Positions 53,128 to 64,000 of a DNA stretch of 64,000 nucleotides are shown piece after piece (within the stretch, counting starts at the first letter, position 1; every line of letters begins with the position of its first letter). The notes beneath the pieces were generated by a model. The model was given only the letters and a program-made list of their open reading frames with translations, made no database searches and was not told where the DNA came from. Location of the stretch: NCBI RefSeq assembly GCF_006345805.1, contig NC_042999.1, forward strand, positions 14,322,001 through 14,386,000. Reading direction: 5' to 3'. The DNA comes from Octopus sinensis (Eukaryota). Position numbers and translations under genes: made by a program.

Positions 53128-55197
53128 TGAAATCTCAAAGCTACAAGATAATGCAGGATTAAGTCAAAATGATGTAAACAAATAAGCATTGCATTTGATA
53201 GAGGAATCTGAATGCTAAAGAGTTTGGACAGTGGTCTTCAATTGAGGTCCATAAGACTCCAGTGGGCCCAAATAAGATTTTTGGGCCCCACACAAGCAAA
53301 ATAGTAAATTAGGAATCAACAGTAGTATATTAAGGGTCCCTGACAAAATGTTACTTTATATGTATTTGTGGCAAGAATCTGCTAGATTTCTTTCTTGAAC
53401 ATTTTACATGGTTCAAGTTATACAGGTTAATGTGTGGCTAACAAAACTGGAATTTTGAAAGAAGTATCTAAAAGCTTAGTTTTTAAATATTGAATGGCTA
53501 TGGGTTGAACAAATATTTAATTGTATCTTGTTTAACTCTGTAACAATTCTGCCAATCCACAACCTTGGAATAGTAATTTATTTTATCAATCGTAAAAGCA
53601 TGAAAGGCAAAGTTGACTTCAGTGGAATTTGAACTCATAGCACAGAGAGCCAGAACAAATACTACAAGGTATCTTGTCCTACACTTGAGTGGCTCTTGTT
53701 AATTCACTGCCTTGTTATATACAACATCAACAAAAAACAAAAAAGTGAATTTGTAGTCTTTAGACACTCCTAGATTTGTCCTCAGAAAATTTAATTTAAT
53801 TTGTGTAATTAATTAGATATAGAGTTTAAAAACAACAACAACAAGATCAATAACAGCAGCAACAACAGTCTTATAATTAATTGATATCAAACTATTATAG
53901 AAACTTAGTAAAGTTTAGAATAAAAGTGAGTGTTGCATGCAGTATATGTATTTGTGTGTGTGTGTGTGTGAAAAAGGAGAAAAAGAGAAGGTGAGATTAG
54001 AGAGAGGGGTAAATGGAATAATGTTAAAAATGTTTTTGCATTTTTGTGCTTATTTTGGCCTCTTGGCTATGACCATGCTACAGGAATGCTGTTGTTATTG
54101 TGGTAATAATAGTAAATAAGATCTCACAACTGTTTGTGACATCTGTTCTGATTTGTCTAGATAGGAGAACAAAGAGAAAACTAATGAGAAAATCACACCA
54201 ATGTAAATGTTGCCAACATTCATAACACAGTGTGAGTTGTGACTATTTCCTTCTTAACAAGAGCAGTAGATCATTTAATGATCATGAAAGAATTCCTGCT
54301 GGTTTTGGCCATCTTTTTGATAAGTCTTTCCTACTCATTAAACAGTTTACTGAGCATTCTCACACCCCATCCAGCCATTAACCATCCAATCTCTAAATGT
54401 TATCTAGAATAGCCCTACCCCCACCCTCATACCACTGGTGGTGGGACATTTGTTTTCTGTATTTTTTTATTTATTTCCTTTAGTCTTTATTTATTTGTTT
54501 TGGACAAATTGTTGTTCTGAGAAAGTCGATAAGTCACGGACTTAACTCATTTGTTACCATATTTTTATCGAAATACTCTAACTTTGTTTCAATTAACTTT
54601 TTAAAAAAAGAATTGTGTAAAATATCTTTGTTATGAAACAAGTATTTATTTAGAACATGAATGAACATGAAATTTTTATGGAAGTCTTTAATTTAGATCA
54701 CTTTAAAACAGGCAGTTTATATCATAGAGACAACAGGGATAGTTTTGGGTGGGCTGGCATCAGAAGGGTTAAATAAAGTTTGAAATAGTCACTACAAAGT
54801 GGAACACTGAGCAACACCTACATTCAATATCATCATCATCATCAGTATTATATATGTGTTTTTCTAAGCTGACATTGGTTGGTCTGGTTGTAGTATCTTA
54901 CCACACTCCGTGGTCCTTCACGTCACCCACTGTTGTCCACTGTCCTGACCCTTACCCTATTGGGGTCCTTTGTTCTCATCTCATATTGCAGTTCTTTATC
55001 TTGCCTTGTGTTGTGGCCCTTTGTATCCACTCCCTCACCTGTTGCCATCCTTAGTGTCATTACCAATTGTGGTCCTTCACCTCACCAACTATCCATAGGT
55101 TTTCATCTTGGCTTACCCGTTATCCTCCTCCACCAGCTTAGTCTTTCATATCACTTACATGCCACAGCAACATATACAAACCAGGTACTGTGGTGGT

Positions 55198-55530
55198 CAT
55201 CATCATCATCATTTAATGTCCACTTTCCATGCTAGCATGGGTTGGACAAATGACTGAGGGCTGGCAAACCAGATGGCTGCACCAGGCTCCAATCTTGATC
55301 TGGCAGAGTTTCTACAGCTGGATGCCCTTCCTAACACCAACCACTCCAAGAGTGTAGTGGGTGCTTTTACGTGCCACCAGTATGGAGCCAGTCAGGCGGT
55401 ATTGGCAACGACCTCGCTCGAATCTTTTACACATGTCACTGGCACAGGTGCCAGTAAGGCAATGCTGGTAATGATCACGCTTGAATGGTGTCTTTTAAGT
55501 ACCACTGGCACTGAAGCTGGTTAGCCGCTC
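55198..55530 (-). mobile_element. Retroposon family E
   Basis: Colinear with the family. Confidence 0.7.
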
Positions 55531-56799
55531 TGTCAATGTGGTGTTTATGTTATTATTATTGGTATGGGTTTTACAGATGGAAGCCCTTGTATTGGCGCCC
55601 AGCATTTTAGACTGGTTTCTATTGTTTTAGCTTAGAGGTCACATATCTCTATAATGTAAAGCTGGGTTTAGAACCATGACATTCACGGCAGCAAGTCTAC
55701 TGTTTTTAAATGTGCCTCTGTTCTGTTGGTAAGTAAATATAGGGGGTTTGATAGAGACAGATCTAAAGTGATAATGTCTTGATGGATCTACATGCTGATG
55801 GTTGTGGGTGGAGAGGTGTTTAACCATCAAAGTGGTTTAACTAGATGCATTAAAAGTTTGGTTTAGGAGGTGGCTTATGCCACTCAACAAAATAACTGCT
55901 TATTTGCTGATCTACAAATAACCAATTAATTAAACTCTATAATCTATATCTTCCCAAGGCTATAGATATTGATTGATTGGTTATTGGTAGTTTTCCTGCT
56001 ATTGGGAAAATATTACTCCAGGCAGTCAAAGGTGACGTGCTGGCAGAATTGTTAGCATGTCAGACAAAAAGCTTAGCTGCATTTCTTCCAACTTTTTACA
56101 TTCTGAGTTCAAATCTTACTGAGGTGAACTTTGCCGTTCATTTTTGTAGGGGTTTGATAAAATAAAGTATGTCAAGTACTGCAGTTGATGTAATCAACCA
56201 GCCCCTCTCCTCAAATTGCTGGGCTCTTACTAAAATTAGAATTATTTCAGGCAGTCATTTAAGAATTTTTTTAAAATGCTGTCTCCCAATATCAAAACAT
56301 TAGAAGAACTGGCTTGTTTGATGCTATTAATAGAACAGTTGGATGCAAACTTATCTTAACCCAGAAAAACAACAGATGTAAACATAGACGCCTTACTTAG
56401 CTTACAGAGTGTAATTAAATCAACCCTTTTGATACCAACCCATATGAGACCACCCCTGGTCCTATGACACAAATTTTCTGTGTTAATGTGTTTTAAATTA
56501 AATCCTTCTGTCAAAATTCCATGTTAATTTTGTTCCAAAGCCCAGCTTAATAATGACAGTTATTTTGATATATCTTTATTATTTTTTAAATTAATTAAAA
56601 CACAAGCAGTGTTTTTCAACAGAAATACAGTAGCAAAAGTGCAACCAACGTAAAACAACAGTGTTTTAGGTGAGAGTACTGGTTGGAGAGATACCATGCA
56701 GTTCTAAGTCATTTATAGTTTTGTAGGAGGAAATATGCTGAAACTTGTAGCAGTACTCAACCTTGCTTAGTTTTTTTAATACCTAATCATGTAAATTGA

Positions 56800-57132
56800 A
56801 GGTGCATGGCTTAGTGGTTAGAATGTTGGGCTTCCAGTCATGAGGTTGTGAGTTCAATTCCCAGACGGAGTTGTGTGTTATGTTTTTGAGCAATATACTT
56901 TATTTCATGTTGCTCCTGTTCACTCAGCTGTAGAAATTAGTTGCAATGTCGCTGGTGCCAAGCTATTTCAGCCTTTGTCTTTCCTTTGGATAATCTCAGT
57001 GGTATGGAGAGGAAAGACTGGTATGCATGGGTGACTGTTGGTCTCCCACAAAAAACCTTTCCCAGACTTGTGCCTGGAAGAAGAACTTTCTAGGTGCACC
57101 CACATGATCATTCGTGACTGAAGGGGGTCTTT
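56800..57132 (+). mobile_element. tRNA-headed CORE-like SINE (family D-related)
   Basis: TGGCTTAGTGGTTAG A box, GAGTTCAATTCCC B box, TTGAGCAA..ACTT core. Confidence 0.65.
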
Positions 57133-57298
57133 AATCATGTGAATTTACAGTTTCAAATAAATTGTTTTAAGGTCATGTTGATAATTTTTAGTAGGTCATG
57201 GAATGGTGGTGTACTCAGAACTATTGCATCCAAGCAATTTTGAAACTGGTTCTAGTCAAACTTTATAAAAATGACCAAAATTAGAAAGAAAAACAAAG

Positions 57299-57342
<44 letters not shown>

Positions 57343-57638
57343 TATATTCTGGCTAAAAGTAACATACCCTGTGAAGTTTTCTTTGTAAAGATGTCTCTCT
57401 TTCTAAAATTTCAGCTACTTTGGGGAAAAACTGGGGTGCATGACTTGGAATGGACATTTGTAGCTCTGGTACCCAACCTTTCCTGGGTTTATAAAAAGTA
57501 TTTAAAAAATGTGTTGTCTTTGACCCTTAACATGCAACGATGTATTCCAGTGTAAACTTTCAGTTACCTGGCTGGAAGATTGTAGCCTTGAGCATAGAAC
57601 ATATATACACACATGCATATATATGCACATACAAATGT

Positions 57639-57679
<41 letters not shown>

Positions 57680-57955
57680 CACTTACATTTATACAAATAA
57701 TAATAGGTGTACTTGGTTTAGTGAGTAAATGCCTAAGTGACAGCCTGGAAAAGTTTGGGTTTTCATTAAAAACATCGGCCAGTTACTGTGCATATAATAA
57801 ATACAATCTATAAGTGGAACAGTTAAAATATGCAAGACTTTCCTCAAATTTAAAATCTGACATTGCTTTTATTATCTAAATTTCAATTATAGTGATTTGT
57901 ATCTTTATTAGAAACCAGCTCCTTTCTTACAGGAATGATTCAAATAATTAAAACT
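57680..57955 (+). mobile_element. 3' fragment of R4/Dong-like LINE
   Basis: TFIQIIIGVLGLVSKCLSDSLEKFGF..ISGTVKICKTFLKFKI*, then TTAGAAACCAGCTC UTR motif. Confidence 0.7.
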
Positions 57956-58947
57956 CTCTCTCTCTCTTCCATACACTAAGATGTGTCCCAAAGATAAAAT
58001 ATCGATGCTTTCATGTTACTGAAAATATCTTCACAATGGGGGGAATATCTTTATAAAATTAAAGGACTATAATGAGTTTTTGAAGAACTTATTAGATCTC
58101 TCAGTGCTTCTGTGAAACATGGTTATTTATAAATCTCAAGATTGCGTTAGATATAGATATTTTTAAAATCTTAGCAAGGGACTGATAAGAAACGTGCAAA
58201 GAGAAGCCATGATGAGTCAGATTAAGTTGACATGTTCCTGTAAATAACCTGCGGAAATTTCCTAAAGGATTTTAAAGACTATTTCATAATCTTGGGATAA
58301 AATCAGAAAACTGTTCTGTCAGGAATTATTTAATAATATTCTGTTGGATATGCAAATTTCACTTTTAAAATTTTGATTAAAGGTTGGGGCTTTTTTTTTG
58401 TGTTTCTATTTTTAATTTTCTTTGATTTGAAATGTTCTCTTTCAATAAAACTGAAATATTTTCATAAAACTGAACTTAGTAATGAGGGGGGAAAGCTGAA
58501 AAGAAAATTCAAACCCAAATTTTAATTCAATTAAGAAAAAAAAGAAAAACGATTTTTTATTATTAATTTTGAGTTTTATTTTTATTTATTTATTTAAAAG
58601 AAAAAAATTAAATTGGAATTTTAGTTTAAATGAAAACCCAGGCTGGATTTATATTGGGTTTGAAGAGCAAAATGGAAAAATAAAAAAAAAAACCCATCAT
58701 GACAAACATTTGAATTAATATTCCTGTGTTATGAAAAAGGATTGCATGCAAGAGTTAAGCGAGGGTATGAGGATCAAAGATACAGTAATGTCAAATGTAA
58801 TTGACGAGATCTGAAATAGTTTTGGTCACATATTGATGTCTGCTATATTGCTGTGTGCAAAATTGCCATGAGTTGATAAAAGATACACAGAGCATGACAA
58901 ACTGGAAAGGGAGTAGAAATAGTGACATAGATATTCATAATCATATA

Positions 58948-59172
58948 TATTTCCTTATTGTCCACAAGGGGCTAAACATAGAGGGGACAAACAAAGACAG
59001 ACAAACGGATAAAGTCAATTACATCGACCCCAGTGAATAACTGGTACTTAATTTATCGACCCCGAAAGGATGAAAGGCAAAGTCGACCTCGGCGGAATTT
59101 GAACTCGGAACGTAATGGCAGACGAAATACGGCTACGCATTTCGCCCGGTGTGCTAACGATTCTGCCAGCTC
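58948..59172 (-). mobile_element. SINE family B
   Basis: Full-length copy. Confidence 0.85.
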
Positions 59173-59349
59173 ATTATATGATTATGGTACTGCCACTGCA
59201 CACAATCAACTTACAACTAAAACTATTACATCACTGTGTTGACCAGACCATCAGATGTTGTTTGACACCACTGGTCACAATGTGCTTCCAATCATGTCTT
59301 CATTGTGCCAGTCTTTTCCATCCTGACCCAAATTACTTAATTAAATCAA

Positions 59350-59609
59350 TATAAATAAATAAATGCACCCTTTATAAAGCCTTTAAGGCTCATGGGCCCG
59401 GTACCTCAGTTTTTATGGCATATGTGTTCCCCAGCTGGACAGGACGCCAGTCCATCGCAGCGTTACTCATTTTTGCCAGCTGAGTGGACTGGAGCAAGGT
59501 GGAATGAAGTGTTTTGCTCAAGAACACAATGCGTCACCCGGTCCAGGAATCGAAACCACAATCTTACGAACATGATGCTGATACCTTAACCACTAAGCTA
59601 CATGCCTCC
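59350..59609 (-). mobile_element. tRNA-headed CORE-like SINE family D with the same tail as 36716
   Basis: GGTTTCGATTCC B box; GCGATGGACTGGCGTCCTGTCCAGCTGGGG tail. Confidence 0.75.
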
Positions 59610-59647
59610 ACTAATTAAATCAATACCATTACATATTTAGTATAAAT

Positions 59648-60104
59648 ACAATATTCACTCACCATATCGTGGTTCAACTAACGTGACCTCAGTACATCAC
59701 AGATTTTCCTGGCTAATTTATGTAAATTTATGTTGTGGACGCCTCAGTATATGATGGATTTCTGCAGCTGATAGGATTAATATTTGTTTAAATTTTAATT
59801 ATTTCTGTGGTAAAATAAGCATTTTTACGCCTAAAAATTAATAAATTAAATTACAGTACAGTACTGCACTGTATAACACATTAATTAAAATATATTAAAA
59901 GAAAATATATAGTGTACCGTAGATGTATGGAAAACAAAACTCAGAAGGTGAATGTGTGGTGTTTTGCATTTATTATAAATATATACAAATTATTAAAAAA
60001 AAACATATATATATATACAATACAGTACTGCTTCTACTTTGCAGATTTTCACCTATCACTGGGGGTTTTGGAACATAACACCTGCAATAGTCGAGGGATT
60101 ACTG
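59648..60104. mobile_element. pogo/Tigger-like MITE relic
   Basis: Right end CGAGGGATTACTG-TA; degenerate left end. Confidence 0.45.
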
Positions 60105-60384
60105 TACTATGTGTCAGAATCTTTGGTGATTTCTTATGCTGGCCACAAACATGGCTAAAACTGAGTCTTTTCTCCAGAACCAGTATTTCAATATTGAATA
60201 GCCACCAAGACACAGATGTATTCCACAATAAGAATACTGCTCACATATCTATGGTAGATGCTTGCTATATACATTCTAGACAACACCAAAAACAATGCTG
60301 CATAAAATTATTGGTAGATTTCCATTCACTAACACTCGGTATCCTTCCCCTATCTCTTCTACCTTTGCTATAACCCTTCCTCTT

Positions 60385-60592
60385 TTAGAGATCTAGCAAG
60401 CCATGTGCTTTCTGCTTTACAGTGCTAGCAAACCATTTCCTTGCTGCTTTACAGAACTGGTAAAACATGTGTGCTCTGCTTTACAGAGTTAGAAAACCAT
60501 ATGATTTCCTCTTTACAAATCTAGCAAGCCATGTGCTTTATTTTTCAGAACTAGCAAGTCATGTACTTTCTGCTTTTCAGAACTAGCAAACC
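60385..60592. repeat. Degenerate ~32-bp minisatellite (6-7 units)
   Basis: Repeated CTAGCAAGCCATGTGCTTTCTGCTTTACAGA-like unit. Confidence 0.8.
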
Positions 60593-61469
60593 TTGTTCAG
60601 TGGTTAGCAAGGTTGCATACCACCCAGAGCAGCCCTTGGGTTTGTTACCCTTCCTCCAGGCTCCCAAGCCTATACTGGCTTACATAACAGACCCAAATGT
60701 GCTGTCCCCATAAAAATGTCACCCACAGCAGACTACCTCCCTACCCTGCCCAGCTACACATCTGTCCATGTGCTTTCTACCCTTCAGAATGAGCAGAACT
60801 ATATACCACTGCCACTTGAGCTTACTTGACAGACTTGCCTGCTCATCTCTTGTCATATTAACTATCTCATAGGCACTTAAATCATATACCAAACATTTAT
60901 TCCTATCTCCCAAATTTTCAGCCTTCATGCAAGCCTTGAAACTTTATTGACATGGCTAGCCTTGTAAACCCCTGCATAGTCTATGAGCATTGATTTTTCT
61001 TCCTTTATTTCTGGACTAAATCACGCACGCACACACTCACATACACAGAGGATCCGATATGATCAAGAAAGCCAGGCAGTTGTTATATTAGGCTTCTCTG
61101 ATGTATACCAGTGTGGCCAAATGAATGATCAAGTGATGATAACAACAGTATATTAGAAATATGGGAATTTAAAGTAAAAAAAAAATATTGAAGGCAAAGA
61201 AGAATCAATTTTCTAAGTAAGTATTGGGTTTCATCTGACAACATATCGGAATAATAGTACAAGCATACACTGATAAAAGGTGTCGTATGGAAAGAGATGA
61301 AAGGTATATGTAGTGTGATCACAGCTCACATGATATCATATGATGATAATTCACATTTCTCTATTGAGCAGATAGACAAATCCAATAAAAAGCTCCACCA
61401 TCAAAATGTAGGCTGCAGGTAGCACAATGGCTAACTCTATCTCTCTCTCTCTTTCTCTCCATATATATA

Positions 61470-61509
<40 letters not shown>

Positions 61510-61749
61510 AAATATATATATGTGTAATTTATTTGAAGCATTGCATAGAATTAAGTGACTGAGAAAACCACATTATGCAATGCAGCTTGTCAGAATAGCA
61601 TTCCACTCTTCACCATTTAGGTTGCATGCTCGAAATATTGAAATAGATAAATGTATAAAGCCTTATTTTTGTTTCGCTTCCTTTATTTCTAACAAACACT
61701 TTTTTAAAGATTTCCTCAGTTTGTGTGTGTGTGTGTATATATATGTATG

Positions 61750-61820
<71 letters not shown>

Positions 61821-61824
<4 letters not shown>

Positions 61825-62100
61825 GTAAATCTAATATGTGACAATTATTCAATAGCCATGATAAAATTCCGAGTTTCGGATGTCGGGGTGGAAATCCATG
61901 CCGCCATCTCTTCAGTTATTTGGCCATCCAATGGATGGATAACTGAAGAGATGGTGGTGTGGATTTCTACCCCGACATCCGAAACTCAGAGTTTTATTAT
62001 GGCTGCTGAATAATTGTCATATATTAGATTTACAGATATATTCCTCAATCTATATAATATCGAGGTCTCTTTCATTCTTTTGTTGTCTTACCATTTCTAT

Positions 62101-62103
<3 letters not shown>
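61821..62103. mobile_element. Fold-back Penelope-like relic in (TA)n with two hammerhead motifs (61861-61919 -, 61939-61997 +)
   Basis: ~100-bp inverted arms. Confidence 0.7.
61939..61997 (+). ncRNA. Type I hammerhead motif
   Basis: ataa-CTGAAGA-gatg..catc-c-GAAACTC(a)GAGT-T-ttat. Confidence 0.65.
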
Positions 62104-62141
<38 letters not shown>

Positions 62142-62459
62142 AGATAGATGGATAGATAGATAGATAATCAAACAGATATAGATCAGTTGCAGGATTCCTT
62201 AGAATTTAAGTATATCAACATGTAGGGCACCAGGATTGGCTGGGTACTACATTGAGCTTGTTTTTTGTTGTTTTAGTCCACTCAGCTGTCCATGGATAAT
62301 CCTGCAATGGACTGCCATTCCATTCAATGGGGATGTTGGCCAGACACATGTTTCAGAGAAGACTAGAAACAAACAGCATCACTTTTATCAAGGTGATGTT
62401 CATTTACGCACACACACACACACACACACTTGCCATGTATATACATATGTGTATATATT

Positions 62460-64000
62460 CTTTTATTCTTTTTACTGTTGCAGTCATTTGCCTGTGACCA
62501 TGCTAGAGTACTGCCTTTAGTTGAGCAAATCGACCCCAGGGTTTATTCTTTGTAAGCCTAGTACGTATTCTATCAGTCTATTTTATTGAACCACTAAGTT
62601 ACTGGGATGTAAATGCACCAGCATCAGTTGTCAAGTGATGTTGGGGTGGTGGGACAAACACACACACATACATATATATAAACAGGAGTTGGACAAAATA
62701 ATGGAAACACATTAAAATTTCAAACAAATTTATTTTAATATGGGGTAGGATCACCTTTGGCAGTAATTGCAGCTTGAATTCTGTGAGGTATGGACTTGTA
62801 CAAAGTTTGAATTGTTTCCAAAGAAATTTTTGTCCATTCTTCAGCTAAAACTGTCTCCAGTTCTTGTAGTGATTATGGTGGAGGATATTGACTCCTTACT
62901 TATTTTTCTAAAAAGCACCATAAATATTCAATAATATTAAGATCTGGGGACTGTGGTGGCCAGATAAGATGTTCAACTTCAGTAGAATGTTCCTTGTGCC
63001 ATTGAGTAACAACTTTAACTGTGTGAATTGGTGCATTATCATCCTAAAAGACTGTGTTTCCCCCTGGAAACAGGTCTGCAGCCATAGGATGAATTTGATT
63101 AGATAAAATGCTTAAATAGTTTTGACTATTAATTCTGCCATGAAGGCAGTCTGGGTCAAATGCTTCTTTTGGTAGTCTCTACATGTATACTCGGCCAGTG
63201 GTCGGAAATAAGGTACAGGATGACTCGTTCAAGAAAATAACATTCTTCCACTGTTCTAGGTTCAGTAGGTTTTTATTCCATTCTAAATTCTTTGCAAAGT
63301 TTGTTTTTGAAAGTAGTGGTTTTCTGATTGCAGCCCTCCTGTGAAATCCAGTTTTGTGCAGCTCCTGGCAAACAGTTTTTCTGGAAACTGGGTTCTTGAG
63401 GTGGTCATTAAGCTCTGCAGTAATTTTGGGAGCTGTACTTTTGTGATCCTTTCTAACAATTGGCATAAGAGTCCAACGGTCCCTATCTGAAAGATTTGGT
63501 TTTCTTCTGGAGTTTTGTTTTGACGAGGAGGTTTTTTTTTCTTTCTCAAAGGTTGTCATTACTTTCGAGGCAGTACTTCTTGATACGCCAAACATTTCAG
63601 CTAATTTCGCTACACTAGCACCTGCCATATGAGCACCAATAATTTGACCTCTTTGAAAGTACGATAGATCTGTCATTTTAATGAATTTTTAATTACCTTT
63701 TTCTGATGATATCTGAAAAGGAACAGCAATTTTAGCAAAACATATTAAGCAACACTAATAATAAATCAAAAGCCATAAAAATAAATAAGCTGTTGATGGT
63801 TTTATAGATATTTGAAAATTATGATGCTATGTGTTTCCATTATTTTGTTCACCCTGTGTGTGTGTATATATATATATATATATAATGGGTTTCTTTCATT
63901 TTCTGTGTACTAAATCTACTCCCGAGTCTTTGGTTGGCCCAAGGCTATAATAGAAGACACATGTCCAGGGTGTCACGCAGTGGGACTGAACCTGGAACCA
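62460..64000 (-). mobile_element. SINE family A split by the Tc1 insertion
   Basis: 3' part 62460-62670; 5' part 63885-64000. Confidence 0.75.
62683..63856 (-). mobile_element. Defective Tc1-like (DD34E) transposon
   Basis: TIRs CAGGAGTTGGACAAAATAATGGAAACAC / GTGTTTCCATTATTTTGTTCACCCTG; HTH ORF 63179-63676; downstream DNAPIH and WPPQSPDLNIIEYLW; stops and internal deletion. Confidence 0.9.

Noticed and set aside
11230-59242. Recurrent MRNWYL..RPRKDERQSRPRRNLNSER ORF
   Set aside because: Antisense reading of SINE family B, not a gene family.
60385-60592. CRISPR-like periodicity (also 33216-33427 and 51302-51560)
   Set aside because: Degenerate tandem units without unique spacers, no cas genes, animal DNA.
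186-62013. Many ORFs such as [30 protein letters not shown]
   Set aside because: Translations of (TATG)n, (TA)n, (CA)n and (TCTA)n microsatellites.
63179-63676. Active or domesticated Tc1 transposase
   Set aside because: First catalytic D altered (FLNES), premature stop and internal deletion.

Overview
AT-rich, microsatellite-saturated animal genomic DNA. The tRNA-headed SINE families and repeat landscape look like an octopus or other coleoid cephalopod (inference, not database-checked). Almost all ORFs in the track are microsatellite or SINE artefacts. One credible host coding exon is present: 26871-27287 (+), exon 1 of a type II membrane protein resembling the N-terminus of molluscan TNF-superfamily ligands. 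It has a TATA box with kB/CRE-like motifs upstream and an apparent intron of >36 kb. The rest is mobile DNA: at least five SINE families, R4/Dong-like REL LINE relics tied to (TACA)n, Tc1/mariner/rosa relics, hAT-, piggyBac- and pogo-like MITEs, and a Helitron. The most notable signals are three. (1) Several unrelated fold-back insertions in (TA)n tracts carry minimal type I hammerhead ribozyme motifs (Penelope-like pLTR relics), including a pair with a compensatory G3-C8 core. (2) A 5S rRNA head is fused to the 3' tail used by the local tRNA SINEs, giving a candidate SINE3. (3) There is an apparent step from CpG-retaining to CpG-depleted DNA near 32 kb.
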